A DNA stretch of 64,000 nucleotides from Octopus bimaculoides (lineage: Eukaryota). Of the stretch, positions 27,040 through 39,183 are shown piece after piece; positions within the stretch are counted from its first letter, which is position 1, and each line of letters begins with the position of its first letter. The position numbers and the translations under genes are program-made. Location of the stretch: assembly GCF_001194135.2 (NCBI RefSeq), contig NC_068983.1:98752908-98816907 (forward strand), written 5' to 3'. The notes below the pieces were generated by a model. It did no database searches and was not told the DNA's origin. It worked only from the letters and a program-made list of their open reading frames with translations.

Positions 27040-27221
27040 ACACACACAAACACATGTATACACAATCTCATACATACACACACATGTACAAACAGCATAC
27101 ACTCTCACACACGCACATGTAAATAGTATACACAATCTCATACACACATACACACTCACAAACATACATGTAAACAGTATACACAATCTTGTACACACAT
27201 GTACAAACAGTATTCACAATT

Positions 27222-27264
<43 letters not shown>

Positions 27265-27300
27265 AACATGTAAACAATATACACAATCTCACATACACAC
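27040..27300. repeat. Imperfect CA-rich minisatellite
   Basis: Recurring ATGTAAACAGTATACACAATCTCATACAC motif. Confidence 0.7.
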
Positions 27301-27574
27301 AAAAATTTGGGAATGGCTATGTGTTTAAGAAAGTTTCCCTCGCAATTATATGGTTCTTGGTTCAGCCCCTCTGCATGGCACCTTGGGCAAGTGTCTTCTA
27401 ATATATTCTTGAGTTGAATAATGCATCGAGAGCAAAATTTCAGAACTGGAAACTGTACAGAAGCCTGTCATATAATTTACTTTAACTTCTTACCACACTG
27501 CCATGCCTGAGCCTATAGTTACACTCCCACCTCTAAACCACAATGATAAAATGAAAAATTAAATATAAACTTAC

Positions 27575-27681
27575 ACTTTCCAGAACCCTAAGGCATCTGT
27601 CAACTTTTTCTAACTTCCTTCTGTGTGCATGGTCCATGGTTTTTATGTAGTGGGTTTCTAGCGACTCTACACAAGAACACA
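27575..27681 (-). CDS. WAPL: WAPL coding exon (107 nt, phase 1-0)
   Basis: Acceptor catctctgtttcAG, donor GTAAGT. Encodes VCSCVESLETHYIKTMDHAHRRKLEKVDRCLRVLES, ending in the conserved RCLRVLES. Absent from the ORF track. Confidence 0.93.
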
Positions 27682-27869
27682 CTGAAACAGAGATGGGAGG
27701 GGGGTATTATAGACATTTGTAATCAATGACAAAATGTAACAGAATGGTGGTGGTGGTGGTGGTGATGATAATGATGATAACAGGGATGAGAGAGAAAGAG
27801 AGAGATAAAGGAAGATGAATGGAGGAGGAGGGTGAGCGTGTTGGGCCTAACAGAGGCAATGTAGCCAAT

Positions 27870-28235
27870 GCCGGTGTCATGTAACTAGCACCCGTGCTGG
27901 TGGCATGTAAGAAACACCTTTTGAGCATTGGGTTTCACGGAGGCAATGACAAATGACTGAGACCTTAGGCAATATGCTGTGCTTGAGTAGAAGAACCATG
28001 AAGCCAAGTGGAATCGTAGTCATGGCAGATAAGAGGTATTATGCAACTGGCACTTGTGCCAGTGGAATGTAAAAACACCCACTAAACTCTCAGAGTGGTT
28101 GGTGTTAGGAAGGCATCCAGCTGTAGAAACCATGCCAAATCAGACCTGAGTCTGGTGCAGCCCCTCAGCTTACCAGCCCTGGTCAAATCATTCAACCCAT
28201 GGTAGCACAGACAACAGATAATGATGATGATGATG
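27870..28235 (+). mobile_element. RTE LINE 3' end fragment
   Basis: TEAMTND*DLRQYAVLE matches the ORF end of the 1188-1970 copy. Followed by the same 3'UTR and (GAT)n tail. Confidence 0.75.
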
Positions 28236-28387
28236 ATAATGAAAGAATGTGGGAGGCAAAAAATAAAAATAGAAGAGAAAGGGAAAAAAGACAGAGAAAG
28301 AAAGAGAGAGAGAGTGAGAGAAAGAGAAGGTGATAGAGAGATTAGAAACCCTGCCACCATAAACAATACAGTATTAACGTAACTTAC

Positions 28388-28502
28388 CAGCATTAACAAT
28401 ATGGTCGAGAGCTCCAAGGGATCGTAGCTCATTCTTGAAGACATCTGAAGCATTACGAGATGCAGCTATAGTCAACAATGATTCCATTGCCAAATTACCC
28501 GT
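28388..28502 (-). CDS. WAPL: WAPL coding exon (115 nt, phase 0-1)
   Basis: Acceptor actttcAG, donor GTAAGT. Encodes [38 protein letters not shown], matching TGHLAMETLLSL...FKEELRLLGGLDHIVD. Confidence 0.95.
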
Positions 28503-29306
28503 CTGAAAGTAAAGGCGATTCCATTATCAAAATGAATCTCAGTATAGTGATGGTAGGACAGACTGGTCTACTTAGTGACATTAGGAGACACAGAAAAGAA
28601 ATTTTAATTATAATCAAGATATGGTAGAGAAATAATATTGGATAATGATTAAATAAATACTGTATAATAGCAAGCAGATAAATGCCCAAGCAAAGGTACC
28701 ATGAGCCAAGGAGATAATCTCTAACTTGACATGTTAGAAATAGTAGTCATATCTCAATAGATAGATAATCTTTCAACCTACTACCACATGGGGTTGATAT
28801 GTAACTGTATCTATAGATGGGTCCTCTGGTATCTCTGAAGACTAAGATCAAACCTATTGTACCTACACAGTAACTGATCCTTTCTTTTACTTGTTTCAGT
28901 CATTAGACTGTGGCCATGCTGGGGCACCACCTTGAAGAATTTTTAGTTGAATGAATTGACCCCAGCACTTTTTTTTCAAAGACTGATACTTATTCTATTG
29001 GCCTCTTTTGGCTGAACTGCTAAGTTATGGGGACATAAACAAATCAACACTGGTTGCCAAGAGGTGATAGGGGACAAACACACATACCCACAGGAGTTTG
29101 GTAAGTGGAAACACATGAAGCTCTTGGACCTTGAGTCACTCTGTTACTTTTGCTAAATATTAATATGAATTTCCAGCTGTAGAAACTCTGCCAAATCAGA
29201 TTGGAGCCTGGTGTAGCCATCTGGTTTCACCAGTCCACAGTTAAATCGTTCAACCCATGCTAGCATGGAAAGCGGACATTAAACGATGATGATGATGATG
29301 ATGATG

Positions 29307-29341
<35 letters not shown>

Positions 29342-29958
29342 ATGAGCTTCTTTAAGTTTCCTTCCACCAAATCCACTCACAAAGCTTGGTTGGCTTGGGG
29401 CTGTAGTAGAAGACACTTTCCCAAGGTGTCACACAGTGGGACTGAACCCAGAATCATGTGGTTAGGAAGCAAGCTTCATACCACATTGCCACACCTGAGC
29501 CTGGAGCCACACCTATTTATACAATTTCCTCAACTATTGATAATTTTTCCAACATAGATAGATGGAAACTGACAAAACCTGTCATACATATATATCTGTG
29601 TGTGGGTGTCTGTGTTGTTTCCTACCATGACTTGACAACTGGTGTTGGTTGGTTTACCAAAGAACTAGTACCAGGCTTGAAAAATAAGAACAAGGGGTCA
29701 ATTTGTTTGACTAAACACTTCAAGGCAGTGCTCCAGCTTGGCTGTAGCCCAATGACTGAGACAATCAAGAGATAAGAGATAAATAGGTGCAAGCCTAGCT
29801 GTGTGGTTAAGACCCTCACTCTGCAACCATGTCTTGGGTTCAGTCCCACTGCACAACATCTTGGGCAAGTGTTTTCTACTTCTACTATATCCCTAGGCTG
29901 AACAATGTCTTGTGAGTGAATTTGGTAGACAGAAACTAAAAGAAGTCTGTCATATATA

Positions 29959-30014
<56 letters not shown>

Positions 30015-31841
30015 CATTTGTCACCCTACTTCTCACTATTTGACAAGTGGTGTTGATTTGTAACTTAGCAGTTCAGCAAAAGATATTAACAAAATAAGTC
30101 CCAGATATGAAATAGGAAAAAAAAAAAAAAAAAATGGCATCCCAGTATGGCCACAATTCAATGATAGAAACAAGTAAAACACAAAAGCTAAAAAAAAATA
30201 ACACCATACACACAGAAAAACACCACTTAAACTTAACTAAAAATAATCTGTAAGAATGAACTGTCATGTATTGAACTAATGAATATAACAAATGGTGTAT
30301 ATTTGTTAAATAATGAAAAACCGCCAATCACATGGCATTTATAAGTTTTATGTGGACCTGTCTGTTTTTTTTTTTTTAAATATATATTGCAATTAAAATA
30401 AACCGAGACACACAATTGATTCCATTGCTACAGGATCACAGTTGATGTTGTTACCCCTTTTTATACATTCTGCCATTGGTTGTGCTTCTGCTAAGGCGAA
30501 ATAGAAATTCACAGCTTTCAGCTATTTGATCCTTGTTCCTATACTGGTGCTTATGAAATACGCAAAATTACAAAACTCGACATGAACTGAGGATGCATTT
30601 TATAACCTGAAAGTTGTTGTTCAGCAGCAATTTAACTCTAACAGAGCAAGCTTATGATCAAAATTGATCCATCTATGACCACCCTCTCCTTATGTTTTTT
30701 TTTTCTTTTATGTCTTTTAAAGATGATAGTATGTGATTTCAATGAATAACTTCTATTTCTAATAGGTCAAGCAGCCACGTAGAGACTTACAAATTGGTTC
30801 AAAATTAGTGAGTACTAATAGATCAGTGCATGCATTAATACAATGACTCAGCAATTAACTGCTGTGGGAGGAGTGGGGGTGGAGAGCACTGTCATCTACT
30901 AATATAATCCCATTAGTAGATGATGGTGAATCATTATATTCATTATATCACAGTAGCAATTAGCCTTTCACCTCTCACATAAGAGGATATTGACATTAAA
31001 TGATGAACTGATACAGCGATCCTGTCATGCTATATAACTGAACACTGGCAATATAGAAATTTTTAACATATTCAGTAGGTATGGGTATGGGTATGTGGTT
31101 AAGAAACTTGCTTTGCAACCATGTGATTTCAGGTTCAATCTCATTGCATGGCACCTCGGGTAATTATCATCTGCTATAATCCCAGGCTGACCAATGCCTT
31201 GTGAGTGAATTTGGTAGACAGAAAACGAGGAAGACTGCTGCATTATATATATATACACACACATATATACATACACACACACACACATGTATGTAAGTAT
31301 GTCTATGTGTGTGTCTTTGTGTCTGTGTTTGTCCCCCCACCACTGTTTGACAACTGGAGTTGGTCTGTTTACGGTCTGTAAACATTCCCATGACTTAGTG
31401 TTTTGACAAACAGAGAGAGAGTGTTTTCAGACATGATATTCCTCAAGAAAGATTGGTATATAAACTTCTTTCTGCAGTTAAGGGTAATGAAATTTTCAGT
31501 GGTCATATCTGATTTCTGCGGTAAAAGAATTAACCCTTTTGATACCAACCGATCTGAGACCACTCGAAGTTCTATGACATAAAGTTACAGTTTTAACATG
31601 GTCTAAATTATAATCTTCCACCAAAATTTTATGTTAATTTGTTCCAGACTACAACTTATGAATGAAAAAGTTATTTTACTAAATTCTTCATTATTTAAAA
31701 AATTAAATGAAACAAACGCGGCATATGTTGACAGAAATATGGTAACAGAAGGGCTAAACTGATTAAGTATTACCTTGAGAAACAAAACATGAAAGAAAAT
31801 TTTTAAAAATAAGAAAAGAATTTGGAAGTGGAAATACTTAC

Positions 31842-32069
31842 TGATATAGACTCGAGATCAATTTGTTTGGCCATTCCTATTTTATGACATTCTTTGTACA
31901 ATTCCATCACTTTATCTTTCATCCGGACATATTCAGTGTTTTCTAAATCACTGTCACTCTCCATTTCCAGTAACTGCACAATAAGACTAAGTGTGTCCTG
32001 GCCAACATCGTAGCTGAGTCGGTCACGCATTAACATAAACATTAGGGTTGCTGTGCTCAATGCTAAACT
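31842..32069 (-). CDS. WAPL: WAPL coding exon (228 nt, phase 0-0)
   Basis: Acceptor ttttcttttAG, donor GTAAGT. Encodes SLALSTATLMFMLMRDRLSYDVGQDTLSLIVQLLEME...KQIDLESIS, matching WAPL [21 protein letters not shown]...LDLENIT. Confidence 0.95.
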
Positions 32070-32961
32070 CTAAAAGAAAACAAAAACAAGACTAAAAAAA
32101 CAACACGTACAAAACAACCCACTTTAGGACAAGTAATATCAATATTGATTTCTGGCAGAAATGTTAGCACGCTTAGTGGAATGCTTAGCAGTATTTTGTC
32201 TGTCTTTACGTTTTGAGTTCAAATTCTGATGAGGTCGACTTTGCCTTTCACCCTTTTGGGATCAATAAAATAAGTACCAGTTGTGTGTATTGAGGTTGGT
32301 CTAATCAACTGGACCCCTCTCCCAAAATTTTGGACCTTGTGCCAAGAGTAGAAAAGAATATCGATACTGATTTCTAATGCAGACAAAAGATAACACATTA
32401 GATAGAGAGAGAGAGAGAGAGAGAGAGAACAAGCAATTATATCAATAAAAGTAATTGACTGGTACTTATTTCATCATCCCTGGAAGGATGAAAGGCAAAG
32501 GTAATCGTGGCAAGATTTGAACTCAATGTAAAAATCATAACTAAATGCTGTAAGCCTTACACTCTACTTACTGATTCTATTAATCCAATACTCTTAAACA
32601 TAATACTGATTTCTAACATCGGCACAAAGCTAGAATTTTGGAGGAAACAGTAACGAATTAACTCAAACCCAGCATTATTTTTATCAACTCTGAAAGAATG
32701 AAAGATGAAGTTGACCTCAACATGATTTGAACTTAGAACGTAAAGGACAATGAGAATAACTACCACAAAGTATATAACTGTTCTGCCAATCCACAGACCT
32801 GAAGGTAATGCAGGTACAACATTAATGTTCTAGACACTGGTGGAGTGGAACCTATTATAATTTGTACAAATTTACAAGTAGGAACGTCAAACTCCTGTGG
32901 GCCACCAGACCAGTTTACTGGGCAGCTCTATTTTACAGTATTTTGCACAGTACAGTATTAA

Positions 32962-33370
32962 TAAACTTAGACTGAGGAAGACATGGGATGAGGTGGAAAA
33001 ATATGATCTCTGGATATTGAGTCTCAGGAAGGTGATGACAAGTGATCGAGACTTCTGACAATCTGCTGTGCCTGAGAAGATGTGCCACACTAATTGAAAT
33101 CGTGGTCGTGGCTGGTGCTGGTAACACATAAAAGGCACCTGTGCCGGTGACATATAAAAGGTGCTTATGCCAGTGACACATAAAAGGCACCCAAGGCATC
33201 CAGTACACTCTATAGAGTGGTTGGCATTAGGAAGGGCATCCAGTTGTAGAAACCAAGCTTAAACAGACTGGAGCCTGGTGCAGCTCTCTAGCTTACCAGC
33301 TCCAGTCAAGCTGTCTAACTCATGCCAGCATGGAAAATGGATGTTAAATGATTATGATGATGATGATGAT
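32962..33370 (+). mobile_element. RTE LINE 3' end fragment
   Basis: RKTWDEVEKYD...MTSDRD motif, then the shared 3'UTR and (GAT)n tail. Confidence 0.8.
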
Positions 33371-34136
33371 GTCAGTATAAACAAATCCAGCATATCTAGT
33401 CACTAAAAACTAGGCTCTGTCTGAGCATCATAATACACTCTAATATGTAAGTTCATTAGAACACATTCTAACATGCCAGCACATTTAGAAAAATACTCCC
33501 AATTATGTTTAGACATTAGAAGATATTTTCACATGCCTGTGGTTATAAGAAAATACTCCAGTTGCTAATGAAATACTTCCAACATATCTGGACACTATAA
33601 AATAGTCCTGCATGTTTGATAATACAAAATGTCTGATGGAGTATGGGAATCAAAATACAATATGAATAACAATGAGTTCCAAAATAGATTCACTTTAAAA
33701 TTTAGCATAATATGATTTGGTTTTGGCTGCAAGCAACATTATCAATGTCATCAACTGGTGCTCTATGTTAGCAAAATACTGCAACAGCAGCAGCTCAATG
33801 AGAACAGGACTTTAAAAAAACAATTTGTACATCTTTTATGTAGACATCATCTGTAACCATCAATGGTTACATTATAAATAAATAAAATAAAAATAAAAAT
33901 CCCTGTATAGTATGTAAAAAAAACATAAATGGGATGAGAGGAATAAAAGACAGACAAATGGGTAATGTGAGGTTCTAACAGGTAGACAAACACTTGAAAA
34001 ATAATGGACAAAGTGTAAACACAAAAGTTGAGCACAAGAAATAGTAAGCTGGAAAAAAAGAAAAGCAGTAGACTCCCATTTCAGGTGAGCCCTTTGTCAA
34101 AATAGAGTAACAATCAAGATAAAAGAAATGATACTT

Positions 34137-34384
34137 TTATAAATAATATATTTCTAAATCTCTCAGAGAAATTTATGCAGTAGCGATACGATGAAGTAGT
34201 TATATGCTGTCAACTTAATGTGACAGTCCCCTGAAGGGAATAATACTACTGTTGGTTAGACCTAGGAAGCTGCACCGCTTCCTGTCGGCCTTGACAGGAA
34301 GCAGTGCAGCTTCCTAGGTCGAACCAACAGTAGTATTATTCCCTTCAGGGGACTGTCACATTAAGTTGACAGCATACAACTACT
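34137..34384. mobile_element. Palindromic ~250 bp element, copy 2
   Basis: 92 bp arms (34195-34286 and 34293-34384, 3 mismatches) around a GGCCTT loop, with the same left tail as copy 1. Flanked by 12 bp GAAATGATACTT / GAATTGATACTT (34125-34136, 34385-34396). Confidence 0.85.
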
Positions 34385-35091
34385 GAATTGATACTTATTT
34401 GACGGTATGGTAATTTGATCTGCAATTTTTGATTAGGCATGCCATTCAGAAAGTCCTGTGAGGCCAGTGTTCACTCATGACTTCCCTACTGTTTTAATGA
34501 CAAGCAAAGACACCTTGGATAATGTAGTCCTTGACTGACTATGTCTGGCAGGTTAGTCAAGAGCTGTTAATATCTTTGATCCCTGAGGCTTGCTTTGTCA
34601 AGGCTGAGGTAGGGTTAAACAATACTAGCAACAACTATAAAACAATGTTAAAAGAACATACACTACTACAATCCAATGATTAAATCTCCGTCTTAGTTGG
34701 TTCAGAAAGCATTTCTATCAATTCACCAGTTCTGATAGTATAACTTTTTAGCATTCAGATTACTCTGTTAAATGTATTCTTTATTTATTCCAGTTGATTT
34801 GGCTAGAACTGGCCTCTCACACCCACTTTACAATGTCATTCCAAATATATATTATCACATCATTGAAATCTTGAATACAGGATTAATTCTAAACATTGTG
34901 AATAATTAAACATTATATTCAATAAAGAAATCTGAATGCTAAAGAGTTAATTACGCATTATCTTGTAGCTTCGAGAGTTCAGTAATGTGATTGTATAGTT
35001 TTAGAAGGGCATTGTATGGTAGGTGTGAGGGGTTGAATCTGGCTGGTTTGAACATAAAACATGCAGAATATTTGGACCTGATATGGCCAGT

Positions 35092-35309
35092 TTAACCCTT
35101 TAGCATTCAGATTACTCAGTTGAATGCATTGCTGTAATGCTTATTGACTCACATTGATTTTAGTTAATCATGCATCATCTCATAGATTTGACATTTTGAT
35201 GATACGATTGTTTATTTTTAAAATGATAGGTGTGAGAGATCACACCTGCTGGTTTGAACAGGTAGAATACCTGGGCTGGATATGGCTGGTTTAAATGCTA
35301 AAGGGTTAA
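35092..35309. mobile_element. TTAA-flanked piggyBac-type MITE, family 1 (many copies)
   Basis: TTAA-CCCTTTAGCATT ... AATGCTAAAGGG-TTAA. Other copies at 43800-44024, 52151-52373 and 53836-54064; partial copies near 7990-8225, 12730-12940, 13612-13822, 42335-42496 and 59215-59325. Confidence 0.8.
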
Positions 35310-35514
35310 TTTCATCATCATCTACTGTCTGTTGTCCATGCTGGCATGGGTTGGATGGTGTGACCAAAGCTGGCAAGCTGGGGGGGGGGGATGCACCAGA
35401 CGCGAGTCTGATTTGGCATGGTTTCTATGGCTGGATGCCCTTCCTAATGCCAATCACTATAGAGAATGTGCTGGATGCTTTTGTGACATTGTACAGATGC
35501 TTTTTCGTGATGTC

Positions 35515-35755
35515 GCATGGGTGCTTTTACGTAACACCGAATGGGCACTTTTATGTAGCACCGAATGGGCACTTTTATGTGGCATCGAATGGGCACTTTT
35601 ATGTGGCACCGAATGGGCACTTTTACATGGTACTGAATGGTTGCTTTTATGTGGCACCAAATGGATGTTTTTACATGGCACTAAATGGGTGCCTTTATGT
35701 AGCACTGCATGGATGCTTTAATGTGGCACCAACTGGGTGCTTTTATGTAACACCT
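35515..35755. repeat. 24 bp minisatellite inside an RTE 3'UTR copy
   Basis: Unit TTTATGTGGCACCGAATGGGCACT, about 10 units. Confidence 0.88.
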
Positions 35756-36164
35756 TCTCTAAAACTAAATATTTACCTGATCCCTTAACTGTCAATTAAT
35801 TTTAGGTTCTACCCAAAACTATCTTACCAGACTGAAGAGGCTAATTTTCTTAACTGCACTTGTTCACTACTTCCAATATTATCATGTTATAACATTCTTT
35901 CACTTCTTTATCATCTTCTGTCAGCAGTAACCATGATCAAATATAGTGATAATCAACACTGTCAAGTGTAACTGAGATAAACACTATCTATGAACACTCC
36001 TGTCAGTTGTAACTAAAAATCAATGGGATCAAGTTACAACCTATAACACTGTCTGTCTGATATAACCAGTCACTTTTCCCAGATGCAACTAGGATCAATC
36101 TTATCAATAACATCTACAACTTGTCAGATGTAGCAATGATCTCACCTGTCACTGGTAGCTATGG

Positions 36165-36393
36165 TTAACCTTTTCGTTACTAATCCGGCTGAAACTGGCT
36201 CTGGCTCTGAGTACAAATGTCTTGTTTTCATAAGTTTTGAATTAAAATCTTCCACTAAACCTTAGTCACAATTTATGTTCCTAATACTAGCTTAATGATA
36301 ACTAAGTTATTTTACTAAATTCTTTGTTATACTTAAAGTTAACTGAAAGAAACACAGAGCATCTCAAAATAAATACGGTAACGAAAGGGTTAA
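36165..36393. mobile_element. TTAA-flanked piggyBac-type MITE, family 2
   Basis: TTAA-CCTTTTCGTTAC ... GTAACGAAAGGG-TTAA. Related, more decayed copies near 4837-5070 and 31531-31770. Confidence 0.78.
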
Positions 36394-37548
36394 TTACTAT
36401 CAGTTATTCTTTTATTTGTCTGTCATTTGACTGTGGCCATGCTGGAGCACCACTTTTAGTCGAGCAAATCGACCCCAGGACTTATTCTTTGGATGCCTAG
36501 TACTTATTCTATCGGTCTCTTTTGCCGAACCACTAAGTTACAGGGACGTAAACACAGCATTGGTTGTCAAGGGATGTGGGGGGGGGCATACAGACACCCA
36601 AACATATACACACACACACATATGCATATATACGATGGGCTTTTTTCAGTTTCCGTCTACCAAATCCACTCACAAGGCTTTGGTTGGCCCGAGGCTATAG
36701 TGGAAAGACACTTGCCTAAAGTGCCACACACTGGGAGTGAACCCAGAACCATGTGGTTTGTAAGCAAGCTACTTACCACACAGCCACTCCTATGCCTATG
36801 ATCAATATTCTTAGCTAGAATTACGATACCTCCCAGTAAAGACATGAAACTCAGTGTTTAGGGTGTTGAACTTATGATCATAAGATTGTGGTTTTAATTC
36901 CTGGATTAGGCAACATGTTGTGTTCTTGAGCAAAACACTTCATTTCATGTTGCTCCAGTCCAATCAGCTGGCAAAAATGAGTAATCCTGCAACGGACTGG
37001 ATTCAGGGAGGGAATATATATGCCATGAAACTGGCCCTTATGAGTTGGTATGACTCCAGAAGGTAACTTTACTTTACCATAAGGTGTTGCTTTGAGAGTT
37101 TCTCTTGTATAAGAATAGATCAATATGGCTAGTTGTAACTATAACAACATGTATCTTTGAGAGCTTGTGTCAGATGTAGCTATAAGCACTAATGTTAGTT
37201 ATTATGAGCACTTATGACTGTTGTAACTATGATCAATACTATGATTGATACTGCCAGATATAACCATAATGTCTTATCAGATGTAGCTTTGGTCAAAACT
37301 GTCTGTAAAAACCTTGCCAAAACTGACCTTGCCTGTCCTCATGTCACGTAAAAAGCACTCTGTCCACTCTATGGAGTGGTCGGTGTTAGGAGGGGTATTC
37401 AGCCATAAAAACCATGCCAAAATAGACACAGATGTCTGGTGTAGTCTTCTGCCTGGCCAGCTCTTGTTGAACTGTTCAACTCATGCCAGCATGGAAGGCA
37501 GACATTAAACAATGATGGTGATGCTGATGATGAATATTGGGTTCTGAC

Positions 37549-37990
37549 CAAAAGAGCATGGTTGCAAATACAAGTGGCAGAAATGAGGTTTCTTCTGAAG
37601 GATCTCTGGAGTAATGTTACTTGACAGGGATCAAGGAGTCTCTTCAGGTTGAGACACTACTTCAATGCACTGAGAGGTCACAGCTTTGGTGCTATGGACA
37701 TGTGATGGACAATCATTTCTCACCTATGGACCCCTTTGACTACTATTTTAGAACATCACAGGGTAAAAAAACCAAAACAAAAAAATCAAATGTAAGAGAG
37801 GATTCTTCTAGCTGAGTTGACTGGCAGGAGACCTAGGAGTCGACCAACAATGAGATGGCTGGATAATATCCATGGTCATGCTTGGGCATCCAGCTAGAAA
37901 ATCTAATGGCAGTTACTTCTGATAGTATTTTATGGAGGAGATGACTAACGTCTCTACCCTACCACCCGTGACCCTTCCAGGAATAGTATA
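37549..37990 (+). mobile_element. RTE LINE 3' fragment of a different subfamily, interrupted by a MITE fragment (~37711-37790)
   Basis: AEMRFL..ISGV, ESLQVETLL..ERSQLWCYGHVM and LAELTGRRPRSRPTMRWLDNI are typical RTE C-terminal motifs. Confidence 0.78.
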
Positions 37991-38174
37991 GGTAGAGAAG
38001 ATGGATGGATGGGTAAATAATGTTAGTAGCAGTCTTGATCAATATTGTTAGGTGTAGTTATGAACACTTCTGTGTCGGAGCTACCTAGAATAACATTTTA
38101 GTGTGGTAGCAATAACTTCAACAATATTTTCAGTTTGTGGGGACAGCTAAGCTGTAGGATCAAGCACCAACTCT

Positions 38175-38530
38175 AAAGGGTAAAAAAAGGTAAAGAAACC
38201 CTTCGGTCATGAATGACCATGGGATTGCACCAAGAAAGTTACCTTCAGAGGATCAAGTCCAAGCAAAGTCGTTTATGGAAGACCAGCAGTTGCCCATGCA
38301 TACCAGCCTCCCCTCTTCATGTCACTGATATTATCCCTAAGAAAAGCAAAGGCCGATACAGCTTGGCACCTATGATGTCACAACTCATTTCTACAGCTGA
38401 GTGAACTGGAGCAATATGAATTAAAGTGTCTTGCTCAAGAACACAATACAACAGCCCAGTCCAGGGAATTGATCTTACTACTCCATGGTTGTGAGCCCAA
38501 CACTCTAACCATTGAGCCATGTGCCTTCAC
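38175..38530 (-). mobile_element. tRNA-derived SINE (fourth family)
   Basis: Minus strand reads GGCACATGGCTCAATGGTTAGAGTG...TGTGTTCTTGAGCAAGACAC...CTCCAGTTCACTCAGCTG. Related fragment near 36860-37080(+). Confidence 0.7.
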
Positions 38531-38837
38531 TGCACCAATTCTACAGTATAAACAAACATACAGTACTGAATATATCACTATATATATATACAATATAAAC
38601 ACACAGGTAGGACACAATGCACTACTACATATAAGGTGAACATATATGTACAGTTCAACACATCAGTGTATATAGTATAAACATGTATCACTCAACATAC
38701 TACAACCCAAAGAGGAAGTGTACATGTACAATCCTATCACACTATGTACAGCTCTGTATGATGTGTACACATGATATGTACAGATCTAAATGTAACTATA
38801 GATAGCATTTTACCTACGAATACATATAGCACTAGAT

Positions 38838-39183
38838 CAGTGGTTCTCAATCATTTCTCACCTATGGACTCCTTTGATTACTATTTTACTCTGGTGTCCC
38901 CGCCCCATAGCCATTTGATGTTTAAAAATTAGTTTTAGAGATACTTCCTTTAAAATTCCTATTTTGTTTTTCACACAATAACTTGTGTAGGTTGAACTAC
39001 TTTAGAGAAAGGAACCTTGCTGTTTCTTGTCATAAATACATCTAGAGCAAAATTTATTTATGGACCCTTAATATTCTACTGTGAATCCCCAACTTACTAT
39101 TTTGCTTGCACAGACCTCCCACACCACTCAAATCTTATATGGCTCTCACTAGGGATCATATGGACTCCGGTTGAGAGTCACTG
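38838..39183. mobile_element. hAT (Charlie-like) MITE
   Basis: TIRs CAGTGGTTCTCAATC / reverse complement CAGTGACTCTCAACC. Perfect 8 bp TSD CACTAGAT (38830-38837, 39184-39191). Confidence 0.88.
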
